Under the pieces are notes generated by a model. The model was given only the letters and a program-made list of their open reading frames with translations, made no database searches and was not told where the DNA came from. Below are positions 17,001 to 26,770 of a DNA stretch of 57,720 nucleotides, piece by piece. This DNA comes from Paracoccaceae bacterium (GTDB lineage Bacteria > Pseudomonadota > Alphaproteobacteria > Rhodospirillales > Rhodospirillaceae): assembly GCA_020446775.1 (NCBI GenBank), contig JAGREB010000035.1:1-57720 (forward strand), written 5' to 3'. Every line of letters starts with the position of its first letter. The stretch's first letter is position 1. Both the position numbers and the translations under genes were made by a program.

Positions 17001-18902
17001 ATGTGCGGAATCGTCGGCCTTTTTGATGCCAAAGATCGGGCATCGTTCGACCCCAATCTAATCAAGGCTATGAGCGATGCGATTGCGCACCGGGGTCCGG
17101 ATGGCGATGGCGCATTCAACGCGCCCGGGGTCGCGCTCGGGCATCGCCGATTGGCAATCATCGATCTTGCCGGCGGGGCCCAACCAATGGCGAGCGAGGA
17201 TGGTCGTACGGTCGTAGTCTTCAATGGCGAAATTTACAATTTTCAGGAGATCGCCGCAGATCTGAGCCGCCGCGGATGCATTTTCCGAACCCATAGCGAC
17301 ACGGAGACAATCCTGCACGCATGGCGCGTTTGGGGACCGGCGTGCGTGGATCACCTGACAGGAATGTTTGCTTTTGCACTGTGGGATCAGCGCGACGAGA
17401 CGTTATTTCTCGCACGTGATCGGGTTGGCAAGAAGCCGCTCTACTATTCCGTCACAAACGATCGATATTTGGCGTTCGCCTCCGAGATCAAGTCACTTCG
17501 AGTTTGGCCGCAATTCGATTCGACTTTGGATCCCCACGCCATCGAAGACTTCCTGAGCTTTGGGTATGTCCCAGACCCGAAATCGATTTACGCGAATGTG
17601 CGGAAATTACCGCCGGGCCATACGTTGATATGGACGCGAGGCAAATCGCTTTCGATCAAACCGTATTGGAATCTTGACGTCGCGCCCGCCGAGAATCTCA
17701 GCATGGGCGAAGCTATCGATGCGCTCCACGCCCACCTCCGTCGGGCGGTCGATAGGCGATTAATCTCGGACGTGCCCCTCGGCGCATTTTTATCAGGCGG
17801 CGTCGATTCTAGCGCCGTCGTCAGCACGATGGCGCGGTCAATGACAGACCCGGTCAAGACGTTTACGATCGGTTTTGGTGTCGACGATTACGATGAGACC
17901 GCATACGCACGAGAGATCGCAAGCCGGTATCGCACGAATCACGGCGAGGCAATTATTGATCCGAGTGATATCGCACAAGGCGTCGACACGATTGACAGGC
18001 TAATCGACGTCTACGATGAACCATTCGGCGACAACTCCGCGATTCCCACAATGCGCGTCTGCCAGGAAGCACGCAAACGCGTAACCGTCGCGCTTTCCGG
18101 CGACGGCGGCGATGAGGCATTTGCCGGGTATCGGCGTTACTTGTGGCACGTACGCGAGCAGCAGGTTCGATCGTTTGTACCAAGCTCGATCCGCGTTCCA
18201 TTCTTCAGCACGCTTGCTCGCATATATCCACAGATCGACAGTGGCCCACGATTCCTGCGCGCGAAATCCACGTTGCGCGAACTTTCACTTAGCACCGCCG
18301 ACGCTTATTTCAATAGCGTTGCGGTCATCCACGATGAGCCGCGGTTCCGGCTCTATACCGAAAGCTTCAAGAATAAATTGCAAGGATACAGCGCCAAAGA
18401 GGTCATCAGAGAACATATTGGTCATTGCCCTGACGAACGGCCTTTGATTCAGGCGCAGTATGTTGATCTGAAAACTTGGCTGGCCGGCCGTATGCTTGTC
18501 AAAGTTGACCGAGCCAGCATGGCGTACGGCCTTGAAGTTCGCTCCCCGTTTCTCGATCACGATCTATTCCAGTGGGCGACCCGCCTACCTGGAAACTTAA
18601 AACTCGACGGCGGAAATTATAAGGCAGTGCTTAAAAAGGCGCTTGAGCCTTGGGTCCCTCACAATATTTTGTACCGTCCCAAACAGGGCTTTACGATGCC
18701 GATTGGTCAATGGTTGCGGACCGAATGGCGTAACGTAGTTCGCGAGGCTTTGAACGCGCCGGCGCTCGCTGATTGCGGAGTCGTTGAACCGAGAGAGATT
18801 CTAAATTTGGCCGAAGAGCATTTCTCTGGTGCGCGCAACCACGACGCAGTTTTGTGGAACATCCTTATATTCGCACGCTTCGTTTCTAAACTCAGGAATT
18901 GA
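17001..18902 (+). CDS. asparagine synthetase-type amidotransferase, exosortase A system-associated
   Basis: MCGIVGLFD (N-terminal nucleophile Cys2), followed by the SGGVDSS PP-loop. The ORF track start at 16893 is a 5' read-through, and ATG at 17001 gives the obligatory Met-Cys start. Confidence 0.9.
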   Translation: MCGIVGLFDAKDRASFDPNLIKAMSDAIAHRGPDGDGAFNAPGVALGHRRLAIIDLAGGAQPMASEDGRTVVVFNGEIYNFQEIAADLSRRGCIFRTHSDTETILHAWRVWGPACVDHLTGMFAFALWDQRDETLFLARDRVGKKPLYYSVTNDRYLAFASEIKSLRVWPQFDSTLDPHAIEDFLSFGYVPDPKSIYANVRKLPPGHTLIWTRGKSLSIKPYWNLDVAPAENLSMGEAIDALHAHLRRAVDRRLISDVPLGAFLSGGVDSSAVVSTMARSMTDPVKTFTIGFGVDDYDETAYAREIASRYRTNHGEAIIDPSDIAQGVDTIDRLIDVYDEPFGDNSAIPTMRVCQEARKRVTVALSGDGGDEAFAGYRRYLWHVREQQVRSFVPSSIRVPFFSTLARIYPQIDSGPRFLRAKSTLRELSLSTADAYFNSVAVIHDEPRFRLYTESFKNKLQGYSAKEVIREHIGHCPDERPLIQAQYVDLKTWLAGRMLVKVDRASMAYGLEVRSPFLDHDLFQWATRLPGNLKLDGGNYKAVLKKALEPWVPHNILYRPKQGFTMPIGQWLRTEWRNVVREALNAPALADCGVVEPREILNLAEEHFSGARNHDAVLWNILIFARFVSKLRN

Positions 18903-18924
18903 TCGCACTGCTCGCCGTTCGCCT

Positions 18925-19962
18925 TCAGGCGATATTGCGCACAATTAACGGCCCCAGGCGATTTGCAATTGGCAGGGGAAGTTTCCTCCAAATTTTTATG
19001 AATAGCCGGTATTTCGGATTGGTCGGATTGATGTCGGGCATGCCCGTGCCGGGCTTTGTCATAAATTGATGTATGAGCGGAACAGGTGAGAATCCCCAGT
19101 TCTTCTTGAAGTCATAGGGGCCCGTTCCGACTTTACTTCTACCAAAATCAAATGTGTTCAGGCCTTTGGCGACCGCATGCCGCATCAATTTCCAGTACAT
19201 CAAATCGTTGGCGCCGAGGCGGCGAGCGCGCGGCATTGAGCCGGTGTAAAATGGCATAACGCTGTTCTTGAAATAAAAATTCAAGACGCTGGCAACGGGT
19301 TTGCCGTCGCTGCGAATGGTCAAGACGTCACAGGCCGGACCGAACACTTTGAGGAGATTGGCGAAATATTTCTTTCCAAAGACCGGCGTGCCGAGATTCC
19401 GCACGCTCACGGCGTAGAGATCCCATAAATCGTCGACATTCGTATCGATCGTATATGTCAATGCGGAATCGATTGCTTTGCGCACGACGGCGCGTTGCTT
19501 ACGCGGAATTTGTTTCAGGTTTTCGGCTTCATCTTCGGGCAATCCTCGCGAAAAACCCGCATAAAGATTGTCTCGTGTCAGCCATCCTTGAATAGGGCGT
19601 ACGGGACAGCGCACTTCAAGGTAGAATGCGCCACTTGATTCGAGAATTCTGAGCGCTTCGTCTGTCAGCGCTTGGCGAGCGGCCTCGTCATCGGCAATGG
19701 GACCTCCCGCGACCGAATAGCCGTTTGAAATCAAAGCGTGCCCGAATAAGAAACTTTTAGTTTCGACTATAGGCATCACGCCCACAATTGCCCCGCCTCG
19801 TTCGGCGAAGAGAAAATGCGTGGCATGTCCGAAACTACGCTGGACGACAGTTTGCCATCCGGCACGGTGAAAAAATGTCCCCTCGGCGCTTCTGTCCACG
19901 AAGGCATCCCAGGCAGCATGCTCGGCGTCCGTTAGACGATTAATTGTGACAGGACTAGTCAT
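18925..19962 (-). CDS. FemAB-family protein, PEP-CTERM system-associated
   Basis: A 345-aa ORF. ...AWDAFVDRSAEGTFFHRAGWQTVVQRSFGH... and the C-terminal FDFGRSKVGTGPYDFKKNWGF are typical of the TIGR03019-like family. Confidence 0.85.
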   Translation of the reverse strand: MTSPVTINRLTDAEHAAWDAFVDRSAEGTFFHRAGWQTVVQRSFGHATHFLFAERGGAIVGVMPIVETKSFLFGHALISNGYSVAGGPIADDEAARQALTDEALRILESSGAFYLEVRCPVRPIQGWLTRDNLYAGFSRGLPEDEAENLKQIPRKQRAVVRKAIDSALTYTIDTNVDDLWDLYAVSVRNLGTPVFGKKYFANLLKVFGPACDVLTIRSDGKPVASVLNFYFKNSVMPFYTGSMPRARRLGANDLMYWKLMRHAVAKGLNTFDFGRSKVGTGPYDFKKNWGFSPVPLIHQFMTKPGTGMPDINPTNPKYRLFIKIWRKLPLPIANRLGPLIVRNIA

Positions 19963-19965
19963 ATT

Positions 19966-20874
19966 TCACACCGAAATCGCCGAGGCAAACACGCGGTCCA
20001 TTCGGTCCCATTCAAATTCGTTCAAGACCTTCGAGAGGCGGTTTTCCATTCGGCCAAGATTGGCGTAGTGGCGAAGTCGTGACTTGATGGACAATCCAGA
20101 TTCACGTGGCTGGTCGGCGTCGATTTCCCAGGGATGAAAGTAAAAAATACTTGGCTGGAGGTCGGTATCGTTGACTCGGGAAATTGCCCATGACGACCAT
20201 GTGTACGGCAACAATCGGAAGAAACCGCCACCCCCGCATGGAATGTTGCGCTTGCCAAAGCGGACCGTTGAGATGGGAATTTCGACGAGGCTCGCGTTCT
20301 GTTCCGGACGGAATGGAAAGCGCGGCGCTTCCGGCATGCCGTACAAGTCGTGCCGGATAGGGTTAATACTTGAACTGTAGGTGTGCCCAGCTTCAGCAAG
20401 AACTTCTAAAGCCCACAAGTTGTCGCGACTGATCGAGAATGTCGCGGCACGATAACCGTTCACCGGGACACCTGAAATATCCTCTAAGATCGACTTTGTA
20501 CGCCGCACGTCGGCGTCAAACTGTTCGCGCGTTTGCGTGTGGACACGAACATGTTCGTAACCATGGCTACCCAATTCGTGCCCCTCGGCTACGATCCTTT
20601 TGACCAAGCCATGGTGCTGCTGAGCAACCCAACCAAGCGTAAAAAACGTTGCCTTAACATCGGCTTTGGCAAAGAGATCGAGCACGCGATGAGTAGAATA
20701 CTCGACTCTTGATGGCCGCGAATCCCAATCTTCGCGAGACACGACGGACGACAAGGCATGCACCTGGAAGTGCTCTTCTACGTCGACCGACATCGCGTTG
20801 ACGACGCGACTATCGCGCATCAACGGTGGCGACGGGGGAACTGGCACGAACTGCGATGGGTTTACAACGTTCAT
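19966..20874 (-). CDS. polysaccharide deacetylase, PEP-CTERM locus subfamily
   Basis: NAMSVDVEEHFQVHA and GHELGSHGYEH are CE4 motifs. ATG at 20874 forms an ATGA overlap with the stop of the upstream ATPase gene. The ORF track start is 20916. Confidence 0.85.
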   Translation of the reverse strand: MNVVNPSQFVPVPPSPPLMRDSRVVNAMSVDVEEHFQVHALSSVVSREDWDSRPSRVEYSTHRVLDLFAKADVKATFFTLGWVAQQHHGLVKRIVAEGHELGSHGYEHVRVHTQTREQFDADVRRTKSILEDISGVPVNGYRAATFSISRDNLWALEVLAEAGHTYSSSINPIRHDLYGMPEAPRFPFRPEQNASLVEIPISTVRFGKRNIPCGGGGFFRLLPYTWSSWAISRVNDTDLQPSIFYFHPWEIDADQPRESGLSIKSRLRHYANLGRMENRLSKVLNEFEWDRMDRVFASAISV

Positions 20875-21740
20875 TTTGATGGTGATTCGCCACTGGCATG
20901 GGGCGGCGTTTGCCAACTGTTGAATTCTGCCCGCAAGTCCTCGGCAACCTCGTTCACCATTTTTGCGTCAATATCGTGACGTTGTTCCAAGTATGCGAAT
21001 AATAGCACACGGCTAAACAGAACGTTGATCAGTCGTGGGACACCGGATGTCGCCCGGAATACCGACGGATATGTGTCGGGCGCGACGGCCGGGTCGCCTG
21101 CCCAACTGGCATGCTTCAAACGATGTATGATGTAGTCTTTGGTTTCTTCCTCTGACATCGGACCAAGATGATATGTTGCGATCACACGCTGGCGCAATTG
21201 AGTGAGCTCATTGCTGGCCATCTTGTCTCTAAATTCCGGTTGGCCGAGCAACAACAATTGCAGCGAAGGCGGGCGTGCCACTTGTAAATTCGATAGCATT
21301 CGCAACTCTTCCAGCGCGCCCAGTGAAAGATTTTGCGCTTCATCAACGATCACGACCGCTCTAACTCCCCGGCCCGACGCATTCTTGAGAAACGTTTGCA
21401 AACGCAGCAGCAGCGTCGCTTTGTCGAGGTTTTCCTGATTGATACCAAAACCGGCGGCCACCATCCTGAGCGTGTCGTCGGCACTGAGCTGGGTTGTCAC
21501 AACGGTCGAGGTGACGAATTTGGTTGGGTCGAGAGTGGCAAGAAAGTGCCCAACCAATGTTGTCTTGCCCGCTCCCACCTCGCCTGTAATGACGACGAAC
21601 CCCTCGCCTTGAGTCAGCCCAAACGACAAGTAACCGATTGCGCGCTTGTGGCCGTGGCTCGCAAAAAAATATTTGTGATCCGGGGTCAGTTGAAACGGAG
21701 GTTCGGTGAATTTGAAAAACTGCTCATACATTTCGCGCAA
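20871..21740 (-). CDS. ExeA-like AAA ATPase, XrtA/PEP-CTERM system-associated
   Basis: MYEQFFKFTEPPFQLTPDHKYFF... and the Walker A motif ITGEVGAGKTTL match the TIGR03015-like pattern. Confidence 0.85.
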   Translation of the reverse strand: MREMYEQFFKFTEPPFQLTPDHKYFFASHGHKRAIGYLSFGLTQGEGFVVITGEVGAGKTTLVGHFLATLDPTKFVTSTVVTTQLSADDTLRMVAAGFGINQENLDKATLLLRLQTFLKNASGRGVRAVVIVDEAQNLSLGALEELRMLSNLQVARPPSLQLLLLGQPEFRDKMASNELTQLRQRVIATYHLGPMSEEETKDYIIHRLKHASWAGDPAVAPDTYPSVFRATSGVPRLINVLFSRVLLFAYLEQRHDIDAKMVNEVAEDLRAEFNSWQTPPHASGESPSK

Positions 21741-21751
21741 CGTCTCAATGT

Positions 21752-23302
21752 CTAGAAGCGCCGGGTAAGCGACAGAACGACGACATTCTCGTAGTTATCT
21801 ACGATTGTCGATTGTCGTTGCTGGTAAATGTATTGCAGCGAAGCGTAAACGGTCGGGCCGAGCTGATATTCTAAGTTGGCAAGACCTGAGATTGTCTCCG
21901 ACTGCCCCTGCCCGAGCGTAGCCGTTCGTGGTTCTACTTTCGCATACTGGAACGAAACGTCCGCCGCAAGATGAGGGCTCAGCTGTCGACCCAAAGCCGC
22001 TTGGGCCGACCACTGGTCGCTCCGCGTTTCATCAACATCGCGCGTTTCGTATTGTCCCGTCAGAGAATAGTTATTTCGTCCAAATACGCCCGATAACGAC
22101 AATTGAGCGGAATTTCTGCGAAATGCCTGGTCAGAGATATCGAAGGGGACTTGCGTCACGTTTGGATTGAGACCGGTGATGGGATCCACCAAATTTCCAA
22201 GATCGTCGCGAACCACGCCGCCAAGCTGACGTGCCACAAGCCGTTGCTGTGTTTCGATCGATTCTTGAAAAGTGGCGCGTAGCTGCAGCCATTCCCGCGG
22301 TGCGTAAGTAATATCGGCTTGAAAGTTGGGTCCGCGATAACGATATCCCCCCTCCAGATTGATATTCGTACGCGAACTCGGCACCCACACAAACCCAACG
22401 CGGGCGTAAGCGTCCTCGGTATCCTGATTCAATGTGGGCTCGTTGATCTCGTCATACCCAGACGTCGCAGTAAGGGCCAAGGCTTGCGACATGCGATATT
22501 GGATGACAGCCTCTGCATTGCGACGGTCGGAGCTGCCGGTATTTTGGACATTTGCAGGAGTGTTCAGACGCTTCGTTTTTTCAATGGAACCGGTCAGCGT
22601 CCACGAAAGCGACGTGAACGACGGTCCGCTCGTCAACGTAAGGACGCCAACTTGAGTCAAAGTATCTGATGCTTGAGCCGCGTTTGGCCCTGCCGGAGGA
22701 GATAGGTACCCGGTCCCTGACAAATTATAGTTCGCCCTTATCTCGAATCCATCCCCGACGCGTGTGTGCAATTCTGGATTGACGAGATACGTGAGGACCT
22801 GAGCTTGATTCTGACCGATCGATCGTTCAGATGCCGGTTGCGCGCCGGAGTCTGACGTCGATTGAAGCTGCGTCGCTGCATTGGCACGGACGCGGAACAT
22901 ATCTTCGATAATATCGACATCCGACGCAATCAGGCCGTTGTAACGTTCGCTATTCAAATTGCTCTTGTGAGCATATGAATCAAAGCTGAGATTTGCCGTC
23001 GCGTTGATAGAACCGCGCCGGCCCTCGCCTCGAAGATTTGCAACCGCTGTGGCTGTACCTATTAAATCAGATTCACGACTAACGTCCGCGACGAGAACGT
23101 TGTCGGTATATGTGGTTGTTAAGGAGCCCCCCGCTTGAAACAGCCAAGGCGGGTTAGCCGCAGACGCCGGACCGTTGACCTGGGCCGCTACATTTGGGTT
23201 ATGACCCAATACCGAGATCAAAAGCGAAAGTACATGCGTGCAAATAAAATGCCCGCAGTTTCGGAATTGATGGGTTCTCGATTGAAAAAGTATCCGATGC
23301 AT
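21752..23302 (-). CDS. PEP-CTERM system-associated outer-membrane beta-barrel protein (TIGR03016-like)
   Basis: Alternating beta-strand-type sequence rich in Y/T/N/G, with the C-terminal LSLTRRF (terminal Phe) typical of OMPs. ATG at 23302 follows AAGG. The ORF track uses TTG at 23332. Confidence 0.7.
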   Translation of the reverse strand: MHRILFQSRTHQFRNCGHFICTHVLSLLISVLGHNPNVAAQVNGPASAANPPWLFQAGGSLTTTYTDNVLVADVSRESDLIGTATAVANLRGEGRRGSINATANLSFDSYAHKSNLNSERYNGLIASDVDIIEDMFRVRANAATQLQSTSDSGAQPASERSIGQNQAQVLTYLVNPELHTRVGDGFEIRANYNLSGTGYLSPPAGPNAAQASDTLTQVGVLTLTSGPSFTSLSWTLTGSIEKTKRLNTPANVQNTGSSDRRNAEAVIQYRMSQALALTATSGYDEINEPTLNQDTEDAYARVGFVWVPSSRTNINLEGGYRYRGPNFQADITYAPREWLQLRATFQESIETQQRLVARQLGGVVRDDLGNLVDPITGLNPNVTQVPFDISDQAFRRNSAQLSLSGVFGRNNYSLTGQYETRDVDETRSDQWSAQAALGRQLSPHLAADVSFQYAKVEPRTATLGQGQSETISGLANLEYQLGPTVYASLQYIYQQRQSTIVDNYENVVVLSLTRRF

Positions 23303-23309
23303 CGGGACC

Positions 23310-24227
23310 TTAGTAATTCCCGTAGTAACCAAAACGATCTTGGCCGGCGACCATTTTTGCGCGATTGAGGATGAAATGGACGTTGGGGCACGAATTCACT
23401 AAGGGAAGAGATTCTGCAATGGCTGCCTTGGTTGTTTCGCCCGCAGCAACAACCATGATGACGTGACCGACGTGCAACGCGAGCACGCTGGGCTCAGAAG
23501 AAGCCAACACCGGAGGTGTATCGAAAATAATAAATCGATCTGGATAACGAGAAGCGAGCTCGTCGACCAGGTTGGCCATACTTTGACTTGCAAAAAGCTC
23601 GGTCGCAGCTTCGATAGGCTGGCCAGTCGGAATCAAGGCAAGATTGGGGATGCTTGTTTTCACGATGACGTCGGATACGGCCATCTTGGGGTTCAGCAGC
23701 ACGTCCATAATGCCTTTGCGGTCGCCGACCCCCAGCTTCCTGCTCAACGTCATGCGCCGAATGTCGCAATCGACGAGAAGCACATACAAATCGCGTTCTG
23801 AGGCCACGCTCATCGCGAGATTGATCGCTGTAAATGTCTTACCTTCACCCGGCTTGGCGCTAGTCACCATCACAACGTGACTGTTTTGCTCGCCGGACTT
23901 GGAGCGATCAAATGCCGACCTAAGCAATGGGCGCTTAACGATTCGATATTCTTCCGCAATCAGCGAGCGCTGGTTTTGCGGGGTCAAGTATCCTTCCTTT
24001 TGTAGCTGTACCAGGTCGAGTTCAATACCCGCCGATGGGCCGCTACCCGCATGACCGTTCCCGCGAGCATCCAACGCGCGTTCCGAAGCAAGCGGCGTGG
24101 CTGTCGCAAGCAGGGTGCTCGCACCGGATGCATCCGGTGCGTTCGGAACGACGGGCGCTTCGCTTTGTTTACCGAGTCTTTCGGCAATGCGTCCGATTAA
24201 ATCCAAAGGTGGGCGTGAGCTTGACAT
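23310..24227 (-). CDS. EPS tyrosine autokinase (BY-kinase ATPase domain), XrtA-associated
   Basis: Walker A motif VMVTSAKPGEGKTFTAINLA, Walker A'/B-like motifs LLVDCDIRR and IIFDTPP, and a Tyr-rich C-terminus RFGYYGNY. Confidence 0.85.
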   Translation of the reverse strand: MSSSRPPLDLIGRIAERLGKQSEAPVVPNAPDASGASTLLATATPLASERALDARGNGHAGSGPSAGIELDLVQLQKEGYLTPQNQRSLIAEEYRIVKRPLLRSAFDRSKSGEQNSHVVMVTSAKPGEGKTFTAINLAMSVASERDLYVLLVDCDIRRMTLSRKLGVGDRKGIMDVLLNPKMAVSDVIVKTSIPNLALIPTGQPIEAATELFASQSMANLVDELASRYPDRFIIFDTPPVLASSEPSVLALHVGHVIMVVAAGETTKAAIAESLPLVNSCPNVHFILNRAKMVAGQDRFGYYGNY

Positions 24228-24252
24228 GTTGGCGGTGTCGTTTCCAATACGG

Positions 24253-25845
24253 TCAGAGCATCATGAGCGCGATACGACTGGGCAAGTTGGAGAGATTTGG
24301 TGAAATTGCAATAAAGAGAATGCCCATCACAACTAAACTGGCCGCCACGACGCCAAACTTTGCATGTAGCTCAAAGAACGATTTCCGGACTCCTTCGATG
24401 ATAACGGCAGGCGAAACACACCCTAAAAAGCCGCAATCGCCGAATTCCTCGAAATCTTCCGGAGTTCTTACGCTTCCATCAATTTGTGCCAGCAGAATGA
24501 TTAACCCCGCGCCCGCACCCAAACCGCCTACAAACACGACGATGTTGAAGATTCGCCGCATCGGACCAGCGGGGATCAAAGGTATCTCGGGCGCGGCAAT
24601 GATCCGGAATTGAACAGGTTCCGTGCTGGAGTCCGCGGCTTGTGCAATGCGCGCTGATTCGCGGCGCGCCAGAAGATTCTCGTAGTTGCTCTTCAAAACC
24701 TGATAATCACGGTTAAGGCTTGTAAATTCGGCCTCGATCCGCGGCGCTTCGGTCGCCATGCGCTCAAGCTCATCAACCTTTGTCCGCGCATCGGCAACCT
24801 TGCGATCGGAGCTGCTGACGGCGGCTTCCGCCTCGGCAAGTCTAAATGCCAACTGCGAATAGAGTGGATTAGGAACTTGTGACCGGGGCGCGGCGACGTC
24901 TTTCGCCGGTTCGGTCTGACTTTCCAAGCCGGCCTGCTGGGTGAGCAAATCTTTCAACGCCGTTTCCACCCGCACAACGTCCGGATGTTGATCCGTGTAC
25001 ACAAGCTTCAATTCGTCGAGGCGTGCTTGCATCGCAGCAATCCGTTGCTGCAAGGTCTGCGGCGCGCCACCCACGACGACCTGGGGCGCGGTGTTGACAT
25101 CGAGGAATTGCTGCGTCTTGTTCAGCTGTTCTTGAAGCTGATCACGCTGCGCCACGCGATCCGCGCGCTCACGTAGCGCCACATCAACTCCTTCCTTGGC
25201 AACTTGCAGACGCGCCGAAAAATTTTCGGTCGAAGAAGAGAAATAGTCGATATTTTTAACCTTAAAGTCGGCAAGACGCTGTTCGGAATCGGTCAATTGC
25301 TTATCATATTCTTCAATTTGCTCTTCGATGAAGGACCGCGCCGTTTGAATATCGACGCGCTTGTTTCCGACACTGCTTTCAACAAAAATCGTCAAGAGAG
25401 CTTGCACAACGTCCCTCGCAAGTCGTGGAGCGTTGTCGGTGAACTCCAATAGAAAAAGATTTGTTCCCTGACTTCTGAGTTTGATCCGTTCCTCTAAGCT
25501 GTCGATCAAGCTTTCCATGTCGGCGTCCGACGTTATGCTCTTGTCCATGTCGGTCATTTGCACGACTTTTGCGATATTGGGGCGGCTCGTCAGAGTACGC
25601 TGCATCACCGCAACTTCCTGATTGCGATTTGTGTCGTCGGCATTGACGGATATTCCGCGCAGCAACGGGTTGAGAAGTGACGACGTATCGACATAGAACC
25701 GCGCTTCTGACGTAAATTTGTCGGGTAACATCGCCACGGATACCCAACCAATAGTGCAAACGGTCCAAGCCGCGCCCAGAGCCAACCATCGTTGACGCCA
25801 GATCATTTGCATATATTGGAGCACAATGGCTTTTGCGTTTTCCAT
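24253..25845 (-). CDS. polysaccharide chain-length determinant (Wzz/PCP), PEP-CTERM locus subfamily
   Basis: A 530-aa ORF with an N-terminal TM segment followed by a Wzz block (FTSEARFYVD), a long coiled-coil region and a C-terminal TM segment. Confidence 0.85.
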   Translation of the reverse strand: MENAKAIVLQYMQMIWRQRWLALGAAWTVCTIGWVSVAMLPDKFTSEARFYVDTSSLLNPLLRGISVNADDTNRNQEVAVMQRTLTSRPNIAKVVQMTDMDKSITSDADMESLIDSLEERIKLRSQGTNLFLLEFTDNAPRLARDVVQALLTIFVESSVGNKRVDIQTARSFIEEQIEEYDKQLTDSEQRLADFKVKNIDYFSSSTENFSARLQVAKEGVDVALRERADRVAQRDQLQEQLNKTQQFLDVNTAPQVVVGGAPQTLQQRIAAMQARLDELKLVYTDQHPDVVRVETALKDLLTQQAGLESQTEPAKDVAAPRSQVPNPLYSQLAFRLAEAEAAVSSSDRKVADARTKVDELERMATEAPRIEAEFTSLNRDYQVLKSNYENLLARRESARIAQAADSSTEPVQFRIIAAPEIPLIPAGPMRRIFNIVVFVGGLGAGAGLIILLAQIDGSVRTPEDFEEFGDCGFLGCVSPAVIIEGVRKSFFELHAKFGVVAASLVVMGILFIAISPNLSNLPSRIALMML

Positions 25846-25941
25846 CCTAGCCTTTGGTGCTCTTGCTTTGCTCTAACCGCATCTTCAATAAGCCGATTTC
25901 AAATCGATATTTTAGAAATCGAATCTGGCTCTCAAAAGCAA

Positions 25942-26559
25942 TCAGAACCAGCTTTGAGGGATGATCAACACGTCGCCCGGCAAGACATATGCATTGGCCG
26001 AGACATCGCCGTCTTTGAGCAAATCATCTAACCGAACGCGAAAGCTCTGCTGCCCGTTCAGCGCGCGCCGCACCAGAACCGCACCATTTCCTGCCGCAAA
26101 TTCCGTCAGACCGCCGACTTGAATCATTAAGTCAAGAACAGTCATATTGCGCCGGAATGGAACGGCTTGCGGTTGGGTCGCTTCGCCGACCACCCGGATT
26201 TGACGATCAAACGGGCCGACGAAATTCGTCACGATTACGGTGACACGCGGGTCCTGAATGAGTTCGCCTAGGATTTTCGCAATATCATCTGAAAGTTCGG
26301 TCGGCGTGCGGCCAGCAGCCTGAAGGTCATCTATTAAGGGCACCGAGATCTTGCCATCAGGCCGAACGATTACATTGGTCGAAAGGTCGGGTTGACGCCA
26401 AACAAAAATCTGCAGCTGATCAATGGGGCCAATCACATAAGCGCTATCTTCCTCGACCGTTGGAGGGGCGGCACTCGGCGCGTCGGGGAGCGAAGAACAG
26501 CCGCCAAGAAATATCGCCAGCGCGACAGTGGTCGCGATTGCAATTAATTTTTGCTGCAT
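25942..26559 (-). CDS. polysaccharide export lipoprotein (Wza-like: Poly_export plus SLBB)
   Basis: Lipobox LGGCSS, then IGPIDQLQIFVWRQPDLS and DGKISVPLIDDLQAAGRTPTEL, the Poly_export signature. Confidence 0.85.
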   Translation of the reverse strand: MQQKLIAIATTVALAIFLGGCSSLPDAPSAAPPTVEEDSAYVIGPIDQLQIFVWRQPDLSTNVIVRPDGKISVPLIDDLQAAGRTPTELSDDIAKILGELIQDPRVTVIVTNFVGPFDRQIRVVGEATQPQAVPFRRNMTVLDLMIQVGGLTEFAAGNGAVLVRRALNGQQSFRVRLDDLLKDGDVSANAYVLPGDVLIIPQSWF

Positions 26560-26770
26560 AGACCTGCGCCCCTTTGTCGGCCGAACCGGATGATCGTTAA
26601 CCGTGTATCTGTATTGCTAATTAGGGCGACAGGCAACCGCCAAGAGCGCCCGGATAGGGCTCAAAATTAAGCTTTTGTTGATGATTCCGGTGTGCTTCGA
26701 TCGGCCCAAGATCGACTGGCGACATTCGCCATCGGGACGTCTGAAGTAGCCAGGTTCTAGGGGACTGAAA

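Noticed and set aside
25877-25925. Short AAATCGA-type repeats and a near-palindrome (CGATTTCAAATCG) between the Wza-like and chain-length-determinant genes. A similar AAATCGAAT string occurs near 35670.
   Set aside because: The stems are only 5-6 bp with loops too short for a stable hairpin, and two copies of a 9-mer in 57 kb may be chance. This does not support a repeat family or regulatory element.
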